64,000 bases of DNA from Deferribacterales bacterium. Its GTDB lineage: Bacteria; Chrysiogenota; Deferribacteres; Deferribacterales; Geovibrionaceae. A model generated the notes under the pieces. It ran no database searches. It had not been told where the DNA came from and saw only the letters and a list, made by a program, of their open reading frames with translations. Location: assembly GCA_050253075.1 (NCBI GenBank), contig JBFWJS010000001.1, positions 128,001-192,000 of the forward strand, given 5' to 3'. Below, in pieces: positions 7,951 through 17,439 of this stretch. The translations under genes and the position numbers were made by a program. Every line of letters starts with the position of its first letter. The stretch's first letter is position 1.

Positions 7951-8710
7951 TCTTTTTTTCCTGGATTTCCTTTAAGAACAGATATTTGAGATATACATAT
8001 ATAAATGAGCTGACGGCGACAGCCATCCCCGCAAAGCCGTCCATAAAGCCGAGCTTTATGAAATACTTTTTAACGAAGGCAAACAGAGGCTTTGTATAAA
8101 GCGCCGTGTATGAGAACTTTTTGCCGTTTTTATCATAAGACTGCGCTGCGACCTTCGCATACTTCACCAGCCTCTGATAGTGGTCGAATATATCTCTGTA
8201 TGAATAATGGAGCAGATCGCCCCTCTTTATCTTTTCAACGCTGCCAGTGATGCTCAGCACATCGTGCGGGTCATATCCGCCCCATTTCGGGGATGCATCC
8301 CTGCGGACCAGCCTCAGCTTCCAATCGGGCTGCCACGAGTATTTCAGATATTTACCCATATAATATGTACGCCTGTTAACCATGTAGCCGTCAGACGTAG
8401 GATTTTTCACAGCGTTTATAACAGACTGTACAAGCTCCGCATCGGCTACCTCGTCACAGTCCAGACTGAGTATCCATTCCTGAGTGCATTTCTCGAGGGC
8501 AGAATTCTTCTGTGCCACATGCCCCTTCCAGTCTTCGACGAAAACCTTCGCTCCGAAGCTCTCCGCTATCTCGACTGTCCGGTCTGTGGAGTGGGAATCC
8601 ACAATGATAATCTCAGAGGCAATACCCTTAACGGCATCAAGTGTTTTGCCGAGGTTATCCTCTTCGTTAAAAGATATGATAGCCACCGAAAGTGGAAGTT
8701 TATCCTGCAT
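7943..8710 (-). CDS. Family 2 glycosyltransferase (LPS core, KdtX/WaaE-like)
   Basis: VDSHSTD, LSLDCDE, LLHYSY. Confidence 0.85.
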   Translation of the reverse strand: MQDKLPLSVAIISFNEEDNLGKTLDAVKGIASEIIIVDSHSTDRTVEIAESFGAKVFVEDWKGHVAQKNSALEKCTQEWILSLDCDEVADAELVQSVINAVKNPTSDGYMVNRRTYYMGKYLKYSWQPDWKLRLVRRDASPKWGGYDPHDVLSITGSVEKIKRGDLLHYSYRDIFDHYQRLVKYAKVAAQSYDKNGKKFSYTALYTKPLFAFVKKYFIKLGFMDGFAGMAVAVSSFIYVYLKYLFLKEIQEKKNV

Positions 8711-8913
8711 TTATTATCCTCGGGTCTGATTCAGGCAAGGATTATATCAGTATTTATAAAAAATACGCAATATTTTGTTACTTTTCGCTTCCATAGTGCA
8801 CATTATTATGGTTTACTGTGGGCAAATACATGGTGACATTTATAACAATATTTTAAAAGTGTTTTTTAAGTAATATTCTTCGCTAGAGTATTCATAAACA
8901 TAAGGAGCCGATC

Positions 8914-9705
8914 ATGGTGTACAAACCAGATGTTAAACCTATTCAGTCAGTGTATCACGCGCTGCAGCTTTTCGAAGTTTTTAGGAATGCTGAAAATAAA
9001 GACGAGTTTGGCGTGACAGAACTGAGTAAATCTCTTGGTCTGCATAAGAACAATGTTTTCAGACTTCTGGCTACACTGGCATCCAGAGGATACATAGAAC
9101 AAAACCTTAATACAGAGAACTACAGACTCGGCATAGGCATTTTCAACCTCGGCCAAAAGTTTGTTAACAAGCTCGGCATTCTGAAGCTCTCCAGACCTTT
9201 CATGGAGAAGATAGTCTCCGAGGTCAACGAGTCCGTATATATCGGCATCCTGCGTGAGGGGAACGTTATCTACCTCGACATAGCAGAGACACAGCTCCCT
9301 GTGCGTGTTATCAGCCGTGTGGGCAAGGATGTGCCCGCATACTGTACAGCCATAGGTAAAGTACAGCTCGCATTCTCTTCCGAGGAGGAGATAAACAAGA
9401 TATACACGGGCGCAAGGCTGAAAAGATACACAGACTATACCATCACATCTCTCCCTGCTCTGAAAAAAGAGCTGAAGCAGGTGGCTATAGACAACTATGC
9501 ATTCGACGCAGAAGAGTTTGAAAACAGAGTCCGCTGCATCGCCGTGCCTATCAAAGACTACCTCGGCGTACCTGTCGCTGCGCTCAGCGTCACTGGACCT
9601 GCATGCCGTATGACACAGGAGCGCATGGAGAAAGAGATACTCCCTGTCGCCAGAAAATATGCGAGAGAGATTTCAAAACGTCTCGGATATCAGGAAGCTC
9701 TTTAA
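8914..9705 (+). CDS. IclR family transcriptional regulator
   Basis: N-terminal HTH (GVTELSKSLGLHKNNVFRLL); PAYCTAIGK; CIAVPI. Confidence 0.92.
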   Translation: MVYKPDVKPIQSVYHALQLFEVFRNAENKDEFGVTELSKSLGLHKNNVFRLLATLASRGYIEQNLNTENYRLGIGIFNLGQKFVNKLGILKLSRPFMEKIVSEVNESVYIGILREGNVIYLDIAETQLPVRVISRVGKDVPAYCTAIGKVQLAFSSEEEINKIYTGARLKRYTDYTITSLPALKKELKQVAIDNYAFDAEEFENRVRCIAVPIKDYLGVPVAALSVTGPACRMTQERMEKEILPVARKYAREISKRLGYQEAL

Positions 9706-9738
9706 CAGCTTCACCTTAGATTTGAATATACTAAGCAT

Positions 9739-9770
9739 AGCGGTGTCTTTTCTGGCACCGCTTTCTTTTT
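9739..9770 (+). terminator. Intrinsic terminator after the IclR gene
   Basis: AGCGGTGTC...GGCACCGCT stem followed by TTCTTTTT. Confidence 0.7.
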
Positions 9771-9844
9771 GTCCGGACACGTCACTTGCTAAAGCACCCT
9801 AAAACTCCCTTTACTTTTAAGGGCACTTCGTTTAATTTCTCTAT

Positions 9845-11458
9845 ATGTCATACATAGCACTAGCCAGAAAACTGAGACCCCAGAACTTCGACGAACTTTC
9901 AGGTCAGGAGTTTGTGGTCACCACCCTGAAAAACTCTATCGAGATGGGACGTGTAGCCCATGCATATCTTTTCACAGGCCCTAGAGGCGTGGGAAAGACC
10001 AGTGCCGCACGCATACTGGCAAAGGCTGTGAACTGCCTCGAGCCCGAGGGCTCAAACCCTTGCAACAAATGCGAAAACTGCCTTGAGATAACATCCGGCA
10101 CATCCATGGACGTGGTGGAGATCGACGGTGCTTCAAACCGAGGCATCGATGAAATACGCGAACTGAGAGAAGCTGTCCGCTTCCTCCCGCTCAAGTGCAA
10201 GTATAAGGTCTATATAATAGACGAGGTTCACATGCTCACCGAGCACGCATTCAACGCACTCCTTAAGACCCTTGAGGAACCGCCTGAGTACGTTATGTTC
10301 ATCCTCGCCACCACAGACCCGCAGAGACTCCCTGCAACAATTATCTCCAGATGCCAGAAGTACGACTTCAACAAGATACCCTTCGAAGTGATGTATACAA
10401 GCCTCGCAGGTGCCCTCGACAGTGAAAACATCGAGTATGACAAAGACGCTCTGAGCCTTGTGGTGAGGAACTCTGACGGATGTATGAGGGACTCGCTCTC
10501 TCTGCTGGATCAGATAATCGCCTTCACAGGGGGAAAGCTGGACGAGCAGAGCACATCTTTCCTGCTCGGATTTTCTGAAAAATCTCTGGTTGATAAACTG
10601 TTCAGCCTGATAATAAAAGAGGATGCAGACGGCATCCCCGAAGCGATAGAAGAGCTGTCCGGTAAAGGGGTGAACTTCACCTTTGCCACAGAGACGCTCA
10701 TCGGACACACACGAAACCTGCTGATGCACCTTGTAACCAAAAAAGACAGCAAGGAGCTCACATCGAAAGAGAACGACTTCTATCGTGAGCTTTCAAAGAT
10801 AACCTCACAACAGAGGCTTTATGCCCTCTTTCAGGTTTTCCAGAAACTGCTGAACGATATTAAATTCTTCAGCTTTGAGCAGTATGTATTTGAATTCGGC
10901 ATGTATAAAGCGGCGAACATAGGCTCCGTGATATCATCAAAAGCTCTCTCCACAGGGGGAAGCACACAGCCCGCACAGGCTCCAGCAGCACCTAAAGCAG
11001 CTGTAAAGAAGCCCGCCGAACAGCCTGCACAGCCGTCCCTGAGCTCCACAGACCTTGAGCTTCAGAACTTTATAAACGCAGTAGAGCAGGCGAGCCCAGG
11101 CTCACTCTCATCCATGCTGGGACACGGATACATCATCAGCACAGACGGCGGAGTACTCAGCATCGGCTTTTCATCTGAAAAGAAATTCTACTTCGACTTT
11201 ATCAATCGTGCCCAGAACATGCAGGCGCTCAACAGGATAATCCCCGAAGCCTTCGAAAACATAAAAGAAGTCAAAGCGGTCCTCGAGCAGGACATCAAAA
11301 AAAAAAGCATAGTTGAAAAAAAACAGACCATAGAGACCTTCCATGAAAAGAAGGTGAAGCAGGAAGCCAAAGAGGACGAACTCGTCCGGAAGATATTAAG
11401 AGAATTCGACGGAACACTGGAGGAAATCGAAGTCCTGCAGAAGCCGTCTTATGAATAA
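9845..11458 (+). CDS. dnaX: DNA polymerase III subunit gamma/tau
   Basis: LARKLRPQNF, GPRGVGKT, Zn-binding cysteines, IDEVHML, SRC. Confidence 0.97.
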   Translation: MSYIALARKLRPQNFDELSGQEFVVTTLKNSIEMGRVAHAYLFTGPRGVGKTSAARILAKAVNCLEPEGSNPCNKCENCLEITSGTSMDVVEIDGASNRGIDEIRELREAVRFLPLKCKYKVYIIDEVHMLTEHAFNALLKTLEEPPEYVMFILATTDPQRLPATIISRCQKYDFNKIPFEVMYTSLAGALDSENIEYDKDALSLVVRNSDGCMRDSLSLLDQIIAFTGGKLDEQSTSFLLGFSEKSLVDKLFSLIIKEDADGIPEAIEELSGKGVNFTFATETLIGHTRNLLMHLVTKKDSKELTSKENDFYRELSKITSQQRLYALFQVFQKLLNDIKFFSFEQYVFEFGMYKAANIGSVISSKALSTGGSTQPAQAPAAPKAAVKKPAEQPAQPSLSSTDLELQNFINAVEQASPGSLSSMLGHGYIISTDGGVLSIGFSSEKKFYFDFINRAQNMQALNRIIPEAFENIKEVKAVLEQDIKKKSIVEKKQTIETFHEKKVKQEAKEDELVRKILREFDGTLEEIEVLQKPSYE

Positions 11459-11988
11459 TGCGGGAAGAGACCTTGAAAGACATATCAAAACAAAACAGCA
11501 GCACGGGATGCTTTGTCTGCGGCGTGCATAACGACCACAGCCTTAAGGCGGGGTTTTATCACCTCGGCGAAGGTACCCTCGTGTCACTCTTTAAACCGCT
11601 GGATCAGCACCAGAGCTATCCGGGCGTTCTCCACGGAGGGATAGCAGCAGCTATACTCGACGAGACAATGGGGCGCACGATACTCTCGCTGGATGAAACC
11701 CTCTGGGGCGTCACCATCGAGCTGAATATGAAATACCGCAAGCCTCTCCCCACGGAAGAAGTGCTCTATGCAAAGGCGATAGTCACCGAGCATAAGAGCA
11801 GATACTTCATCAGCAAGGGTGCAATAATCCTCCCCGACGGTTCGGCTGCCGTTACCGCCACAGGGAAGTTTATGAAGCTGCCGCTGGATCAGATAACCCA
11901 GGGCGGAGACTTTCTCTCTGACTGGTTTTATGTAAAAGACGAAAATCAGATCCATCTGCCCGAACATGTGATGAATTTCGCACTCTGA
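11458..11988 (+). CDS. PaaI-family hotdog thioesterase
   Basis: CFVCG, HGGIAAAILDE. Confidence 0.85.
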   Translation: MREETLKDISKQNSSTGCFVCGVHNDHSLKAGFYHLGEGTLVSLFKPLDQHQSYPGVLHGGIAAAILDETMGRTILSLDETLWGVTIELNMKYRKPLPTEEVLYAKAIVTEHKSRYFISKGAIILPDGSAAVTATGKFMKLPLDQITQGGDFLSDWFYVKDENQIHLPEHVMNFAL

Positions 11989-12083
11989 CAGACGGGTTAA
12001 ACATTTATCGAATATTTACCTGACAATATTATTAATTAAGTCATTAATAATAGAGCTGATAATCGCCATAAAAGGGGTCAGCT

Positions 12084-14183
12084 ATGCTCAGGTCTTTTGT
12101 CCTGCTTCTGCTGTTGTTTACATCAGTTCAGGCATATGCGGAAAAAAACTTTATAAATATAAGTGTTGATAATAAACTTTTTACAAGTTCCGCTGTCAAC
12201 ATAACGATAGGTGATATGAAGACCCTTTTGGAAGAAAGTTTCAAAGGGAAGCCTGTCACACTGAACGGCCCGCAGGCGGAGATAAACATCCACCTCGAGC
12301 TTAGCGATTACTACACAATTTCAACTGCAAGAGATTTCCCCTCTAGCATTTTTTATCCTGTACAATTTTACAAATGGAGTTCGAGACCCTCAGCAGAGGG
12401 TCTCTCTCTATATCTATATGCCCCGAATGAGATGGGGCTGGTCTACGGGCTTTACGGACTGCTTCAGGAGAAGCTGGGGTTCAGGTTCTACCATCCGAAG
12501 GACACCTTTACCCCTTCCTTTAGCGAGTGGCCTCTCCCCGATACTTTCACATTCGAGGCGGAGCCCCTGTTCAACAAACGGGGATTCCACCTGCACACCA
12601 TGCACCCCATGGAGCTGACTGAACAGCTGCACGACGACATGGACGGCACAGCCCTGAACGACGTAAAGGAATACATCGACTGGCTGGTGCGCAACGGACA
12701 GAATGTCATGCAGTTCTGGCTGCTCCGCACGGTAAACCGTGAGACATGGCCCTCATACGCAAAGGAATATGTGGAATACGCCCGCAAGCGGGGTGTGCTG
12801 ACAGGCGTGGTGATAAGTCTCTCGACCCTCCAGCAGAAGGCATTCCAGACGGTAAACCTGCTGAACCCGCTGAAGCGGTATAAGAGCCAGATCGACGAAA
12901 ACCTCGAATGGCTGCTTCAGGTTCCATTTGACTATGTCAGCATAGACTTCACCATGGGGGAGTATCTTCCCGATCTCTCCGTCATGCTCCCTGCCCAGAA
13001 GAAATATCTGATAGAATCCATAAAGAAGAAATACGGCGTAAACGTGATGGAGAACACCCACGTGATAAAGCGTGAGCATACCGTCAGCCCCGAATGTGCG
13101 GGGATAATAATCCACTCCGTCATGTTTTATTCGCTGACAGAGCAGGATGCGCCCGTCTATGGAAACGAGAACCAGCAGTTCATGTATGACATGCTGCAAA
13201 AGGAAAAAGACAAACGTGAGACATGGTACTGGCCAGAATCATCTTATTGGGTCACATTCGACACATCCGTCCCGCTCTTCCTCCTCCCATATTTACAGAG
13301 CCGTCACGACGACATCATCACCATGTCCGAGCAGGGGATAGACGGACATGTGACATTCACATCGGGGTGGGAATGGGGCTACTGGGTCATAGACTACAGC
13401 ATAGCCAGATGGAGCTGGAGGTTTAAGACCGACGGCATAGAGCACAGGACATCACCCGTGTCCGTACTGGCGGATGTTTTCGAAGATGACGGCGAGGCGC
13501 TCTTCAACTACGCCGCAAACATACAGCAGACATACCTGAAAGATGAAAAGCTCATAAGCCTGCTTTCGGCAAAGACGCCTTTCGAGGAACTGCCGTGGCC
13601 TTTCAACAGACAGTTTCAGCCCACCAGCGATTATTCCATGCTGCGTGCCTCTATGCCTGTGATAGGGAAGAAACACAGGGATAAGATAAAAGAAGAGGCA
13701 AAACTGCTGCAGGAATTTGCCTTTGACCTGCGCTTCGTGGTAAATGCACTGCACAATAATGCCCAGCCCACGGACAAAGTGCGGGACAAGATGCGTACGG
13801 AGATAATCAATGCTCTGGACATAACAGCCCTCCGTGCCGAACACCGCAGCTATACCATGCTTGCGGGCGCATACCGAAACCCTAACCTGAACGACTCCTC
13901 CGACTTCTACTTTGAGTCCCTGATGGAAAAAGCAGAACACACGAGGAAGAAGGCGATGTACATCGTAAAGAATATGGAGAACGACTACAGATACCCCGTA
14001 TCACTGATAGCCAGAAAGATGCAGGGGCACACGTCATACGACTTCGGATATTTATATCCTGTCAGCGATCTATACTTCTGGCAGCGGGAAGAGAGGCAGG
14101 TGGCAGGGACAAGGTTTGACGCTTTCTTTATGAATTTATGGAATTTCTGGGATACACTAGGGCTGGACGGGCTTTTTAAATAA
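12084..14183 (+). CDS. Exported 699-aa hypothetical protein, possibly a glycoside hydrolase-like TIM barrel
   Basis: Signal peptide (AYA-E); GLVYGLYGLLQEKLG and EPLFNKRGFHLH resemble the N-domain/barrel junction of GH20/67/115-like enzymes. Confidence 0.6.
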   Translation: MLRSFVLLLLLFTSVQAYAEKNFINISVDNKLFTSSAVNITIGDMKTLLEESFKGKPVTLNGPQAEINIHLELSDYYTISTARDFPSSIFYPVQFYKWSSRPSAEGLSLYLYAPNEMGLVYGLYGLLQEKLGFRFYHPKDTFTPSFSEWPLPDTFTFEAEPLFNKRGFHLHTMHPMELTEQLHDDMDGTALNDVKEYIDWLVRNGQNVMQFWLLRTVNRETWPSYAKEYVEYARKRGVLTGVVISLSTLQQKAFQTVNLLNPLKRYKSQIDENLEWLLQVPFDYVSIDFTMGEYLPDLSVMLPAQKKYLIESIKKKYGVNVMENTHVIKREHTVSPECAGIIIHSVMFYSLTEQDAPVYGNENQQFMYDMLQKEKDKRETWYWPESSYWVTFDTSVPLFLLPYLQSRHDDIITMSEQGIDGHVTFTSGWEWGYWVIDYSIARWSWRFKTDGIEHRTSPVSVLADVFEDDGEALFNYAANIQQTYLKDEKLISLLSAKTPFEELPWPFNRQFQPTSDYSMLRASMPVIGKKHRDKIKEEAKLLQEFAFDLRFVVNALHNNAQPTDKVRDKMRTEIINALDITALRAEHRSYTMLAGAYRNPNLNDSSDFYFESLMEKAEHTRKKAMYIVKNMENDYRYPVSLIARKMQGHTSYDFGYLYPVSDLYFWQREERQVAGTRFDAFFMNLWNFWDTLGLDGLFK

Positions 14184-14557
14184 TGGGGGACAAAATGCTG
14201 AACAAACCGAAATTCGGACTTTTCAGAAACACATCATTCGCTCTGCAGGGGCTTGCTGAAGTTTTTAAGAACGAATCCTCTTTCAAAGTAGAGGTTTATA
14301 TATTCATCGTTTGCCAGATACTATTCTTTTCCATACCCATCCCTCTGCTGGCAAAGGCGATACTCTCCACATCATGTTTCCTCCCTTTATTCGCCGAGCT
14401 GGCAAACAGTGCCATAGAGCGGAATGTCGACCTTGTCACCATGGAGTTCGACAAGCGGGCAAAGGCAGCAAAGGACGCAGGGAGCGCAATGGTGTTTGCC
14501 TCGTTCATCATCACGGGCATCATATGGGGCTGGACAGCTTATTTTCTCATTTTTTGA
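14183..14557 (+). CDS. dgkA: Diacylglycerol kinase
   Basis: ELANSAIE, KAAKDAGSA, three transmembrane helices. Confidence 0.9.
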   Translation: MGDKMLNKPKFGLFRNTSFALQGLAEVFKNESSFKVEVYIFIVCQILFFSIPIPLLAKAILSTSCFLPLFAELANSAIERNVDLVTMEFDKRAKAAKDAGSAMVFASFIITGIIWGWTAYFLIF

Positions 14558-14567
14558 CATCCGTCAA
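14554..14567. promoter_or_regulatory. Crp/Fnr-family (DNR/NssR/HcpR-type) binding site
   Basis: Perfect TTGAC-ATCC-GTCAA palindrome, ~30 bp upstream of a TATATT -10 at 14590-14595 (class II spacing). Confidence 0.6.
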
Positions 14568-14628
14568 TTTAATCAGGACGAAACATTCATATATTAGCTT
14601 CAACAACTGATATAAAAGGAGTGTTATT

Positions 14629-14868
14629 ATGCATGACGGTTGCAGCGGAAGCTTTGAATCAGGCAAGCAGGTAGTGGATAAGCTGAGAGCAATGGGCTTC
14701 TCATCGGGCAATATGCCTCTGCCGCTTGAAGTGACATGTGAAGAATGCGGAAAAGGCTTTAACATGTATACATTTGAGCATAAATGTGAATGCGGTATGG
14801 TATACGGTGTTACTCCCTGCCACGCCTTCGACCCTTCGAATGTTCAGGCAGCGGGCAAAGACTACTAA
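14629..14868 (+). CDS. Small Cys-rich (Zn-ribbon-like) hypothetical protein
   Basis: AAGGAG RBS; CEEC, CEC, TPCH and an N-terminal HDGC. Confidence 0.8.
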   Translation: MHDGCSGSFESGKQVVDKLRAMGFSSGNMPLPLEVTCEECGKGFNMYTFEHKCECGMVYGVTPCHAFDPSNVQAAGKDY

Positions 14869-14930
14869 CATTCACTTGTAATCAGACGTCCTGCCACTTA
14901 TTATCAATATATACAAAGGCAGGGCTGTAA

Positions 14931-16694
14931 ATGAACAATATTCTCAGACAGCCGATGCAGTTACTCGCTAACTTGTCGGCTGTTTTTATTTTTATTATTA
15001 TTCTGACATACGCATCATTCCCCGCACATGGAGAGGCGTCCCGCATCGTTAAGGTGGGCGCATATAACAACCCTCCGAAGATCGCTATAACATCAGGCGG
15101 AAAGGTCACAGGCTTCTGGCCGGAGCTCATCGCACACATCGCATCAGAGGAAAACTGGCAGATAGAATACGTCAAAGGCGGATGGGAAGAAGGGCTCGTA
15201 AACCTCAGCAGCAAAACCATAGACATAATGCCCGACGTAGCCTTTACAAAACAGCGGGCGAAGCTCTACCACTTTGCCAATACGCCCGTGATGGCGAGCT
15301 GGAGCCGAGTATACGTGCGTGAAGACGACGACAGGATAAAGTCCCTCGAAGACCTCCGCGGGATGCGCATAGCAGGGCTATCCGGCAGTGTAAATATCGA
15401 AGGCCCCGACGGACTGAAAAAGATAGTCCAGAGCTTCAACCTGAACTGTCATGTCTCAGAGATGAACAGCTACGACGAAGTTTTCGAATCACTGCTTACA
15501 GGATATGCCGATGCCGTTATCACAAATATGAGCTTCGGCGATGAATTCATAAAGCATAACCCTGCGAAGAAGACACCGATAATGCTCTCCCCCGTTACGC
15601 TCACCTTCGCATTCCCCAAAAATGCGCCCGATACCGAGTATCTGCAGAAACGGATAGACTTTCAGATGGCAAAGATGATGGACGACAGCAACTCGATATA
15701 CTACGAACTGCTGACAAAGTATTTCTCGCCGAAGATAGCCGAAAAGACAGTACGGATCATGCCTATGTGGGCAAAGGTGCTCATAGGATTCGCCGTTATT
15801 GCCCTGATATTCACCTTTACGGTGCTGAAGACGACGCAAAAGCAGGTAGACGCTAAAACAAAAGAGCTGAAGGCGCTGAATGACCACCTGAAAGAAAAGA
15901 TAGATGAAGAGACAGCTAACCGTATCCGACAGGAAAAGATGCTCTATGACCAGCAGAAACACGCCGACATGGGGCAGATGATAAAGTCGATAGCCCACCA
16001 GTGGCGTCAGCCTCTGAACAACATATACATAATATCCCAGAACATGCAGGACGAATGGGAAAACGGCAAGCAGTACGATGCAGATGTAGCGCAGAGCTTT
16101 GAAAGGCAGGGTGAGCTTATCAGCCATATGTCTGATACCATTGACGACTTCCTGCACTTCTTCAAACCTGATAAGCTGAAAAGCAGATTCAACATAACAA
16201 ACTCTCTGATGCGTTGCCTGCGCCTTGTAAATGCCGAGTCGCAGACAAAGCGTATAAACATTAATTTCATGTGTGAGTGCGAAGATAATAAATGTGATAT
16301 CAGCACTTATCAGCAGGACAACTGCACATGCAGAGACATATATGTGGACGGATACGAAGGGGAGTTCAAGCAGATAATGCTGAATCTGCTGAGCAACTCC
16401 ATATATGCCCTCTCAAAACAGGAATCGGACTATAAAAAAATAGACGTCACCATCAGCTGCAAAGACGGCATAATAACGCTGAAAGTAACAGACAACGGCG
16501 GCGGCATCCCGGATAACATTATGGACAAGATATTCGACCCTTACTTCACCACGAAGAAAGAGGGGGAAGGTGTCGGCATAGGGCTCCACATGAGCAGAAC
16601 GATAATAGTGAATCATATGAACGGAGAGATAAATGTAGCCAATAAAGGGGACGGTGTGGAAACTACGATAACCCTTAGCAGCTCTAGCCGTTGA
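14931..16694 (+). CDS. Sensor histidine kinase with a periplasmic solute-binding (family 3) domain
   Basis: TM-SBP-TM architecture; IAHQWRQP H-box, NLLSNS, DNGGG, FDPYFTTK, GVGIGL. Confidence 0.92.
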   Translation: MNNILRQPMQLLANLSAVFIFIIILTYASFPAHGEASRIVKVGAYNNPPKIAITSGGKVTGFWPELIAHIASEENWQIEYVKGGWEEGLVNLSSKTIDIMPDVAFTKQRAKLYHFANTPVMASWSRVYVREDDDRIKSLEDLRGMRIAGLSGSVNIEGPDGLKKIVQSFNLNCHVSEMNSYDEVFESLLTGYADAVITNMSFGDEFIKHNPAKKTPIMLSPVTLTFAFPKNAPDTEYLQKRIDFQMAKMMDDSNSIYYELLTKYFSPKIAEKTVRIMPMWAKVLIGFAVIALIFTFTVLKTTQKQVDAKTKELKALNDHLKEKIDEETANRIRQEKMLYDQQKHADMGQMIKSIAHQWRQPLNNIYIISQNMQDEWENGKQYDADVAQSFERQGELISHMSDTIDDFLHFFKPDKLKSRFNITNSLMRCLRLVNAESQTKRININFMCECEDNKCDISTYQQDNCTCRDIYVDGYEGEFKQIMLNLLSNSIYALSKQESDYKKIDVTISCKDGIITLKVTDNGGGIPDNIMDKIFDPYFTTKKEGEGVGIGLHMSRTIIVNHMNGEINVANKGDGVETTITLSSSSR

Positions 16695-17337
16695 GGTCTT
16701 TCAGAACCTTTATCTCACGCCCCTGAACCTCGATGTATCCTTCCTCGGACAGCTTTTTCAGCACTCGGCTGAATGTTTCTGCCGTGGTTCCGAGCAGAAG
16801 AGCCAGCTCCCCCTTCGGCACGGGCAGCTTTATCACTTTCGACTCTTTCTTTTTCTGTGCGGAGAGCCAGTTGACAAGCCTCGCACGGACATCGTTTATG
16901 GTCAGGCTTTCGATAAGATTTACGAAATATTTGATCCTTTTGGAAAGCGCACCGATCAGCCTCATGGAGACCTTCGGGTCTGCGGTGATTATCTCCTCGA
17001 GCTTCCTCGCATCTATCTCTAAGAGGTCGCAGGGCTCGAGGGTCATGGATGTCACAGGGTATCTCAGCCCAAGCTGAAGGAGTATCTCGGCAAATATCTC
17101 TCCGCTTTTGACAAAGTGAACGACGGCTTCCCGCCCTTCTTCGTTTGTACGGTAGAGCTTTATGCTCCCCTTCACGAGGAAATAGACCGTGCTCCCCTCC
17201 TGATTCTCCATGAAGATTATCTGCTTTTTATCCACCTTTCGGTACTTACACACATCTTCGAGGAGAGAGATCAGTTCTTCGTCGGAGCTTCCGAAAAATC
17301 CGTTTGCAAATGCCTTTACGGCTGCCTGTTTATCCAT
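16684..17337 (-). CDS. Crp/Fnr family regulator (no Fnr cysteines; DNR/HcpR-like)
   Basis: cNMP-domain GEIFAE; HTH LGTTAETFSR. Confidence 0.92.
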   Translation of the reverse strand: MDKQAAVKAFANGFFGSSDEELISLLEDVCKYRKVDKKQIIFMENQEGSTVYFLVKGSIKLYRTNEEGREAVVHFVKSGEIFAEILLQLGLRYPVTSMTLEPCDLLEIDARKLEEIITADPKVSMRLIGALSKRIKYFVNLIESLTINDVRARLVNWLSAQKKKESKVIKLPVPKGELALLLGTTAETFSRVLKKLSEEGYIEVQGREIKVLKDLNG

Positions 17338-17366
17338 GTAGGGATTATATCCTAGTTCTCGTTTTC

Positions 17367-17436
17367 CGTCATCCCGAACATCGTGAAGGATCTGAAAACC
17401 TATTCAGATTATTCGTCGAGGCTCCTCAGAATGACG
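17367..17436. repeat. Palindromic REP-like repeat, family A
   Basis: CGTCATCCCGAAC..GAAGGATCTG...CAGATTATTCG..CTCAGAATGACG. Confidence 0.8.
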
Positions 17437-17439
17437 AAC

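Noticed and set aside
9706..9844. SRP RNA (often upstream of dnaX)
   Set aside because: No SRP domain IV motif seen; only a terminator.
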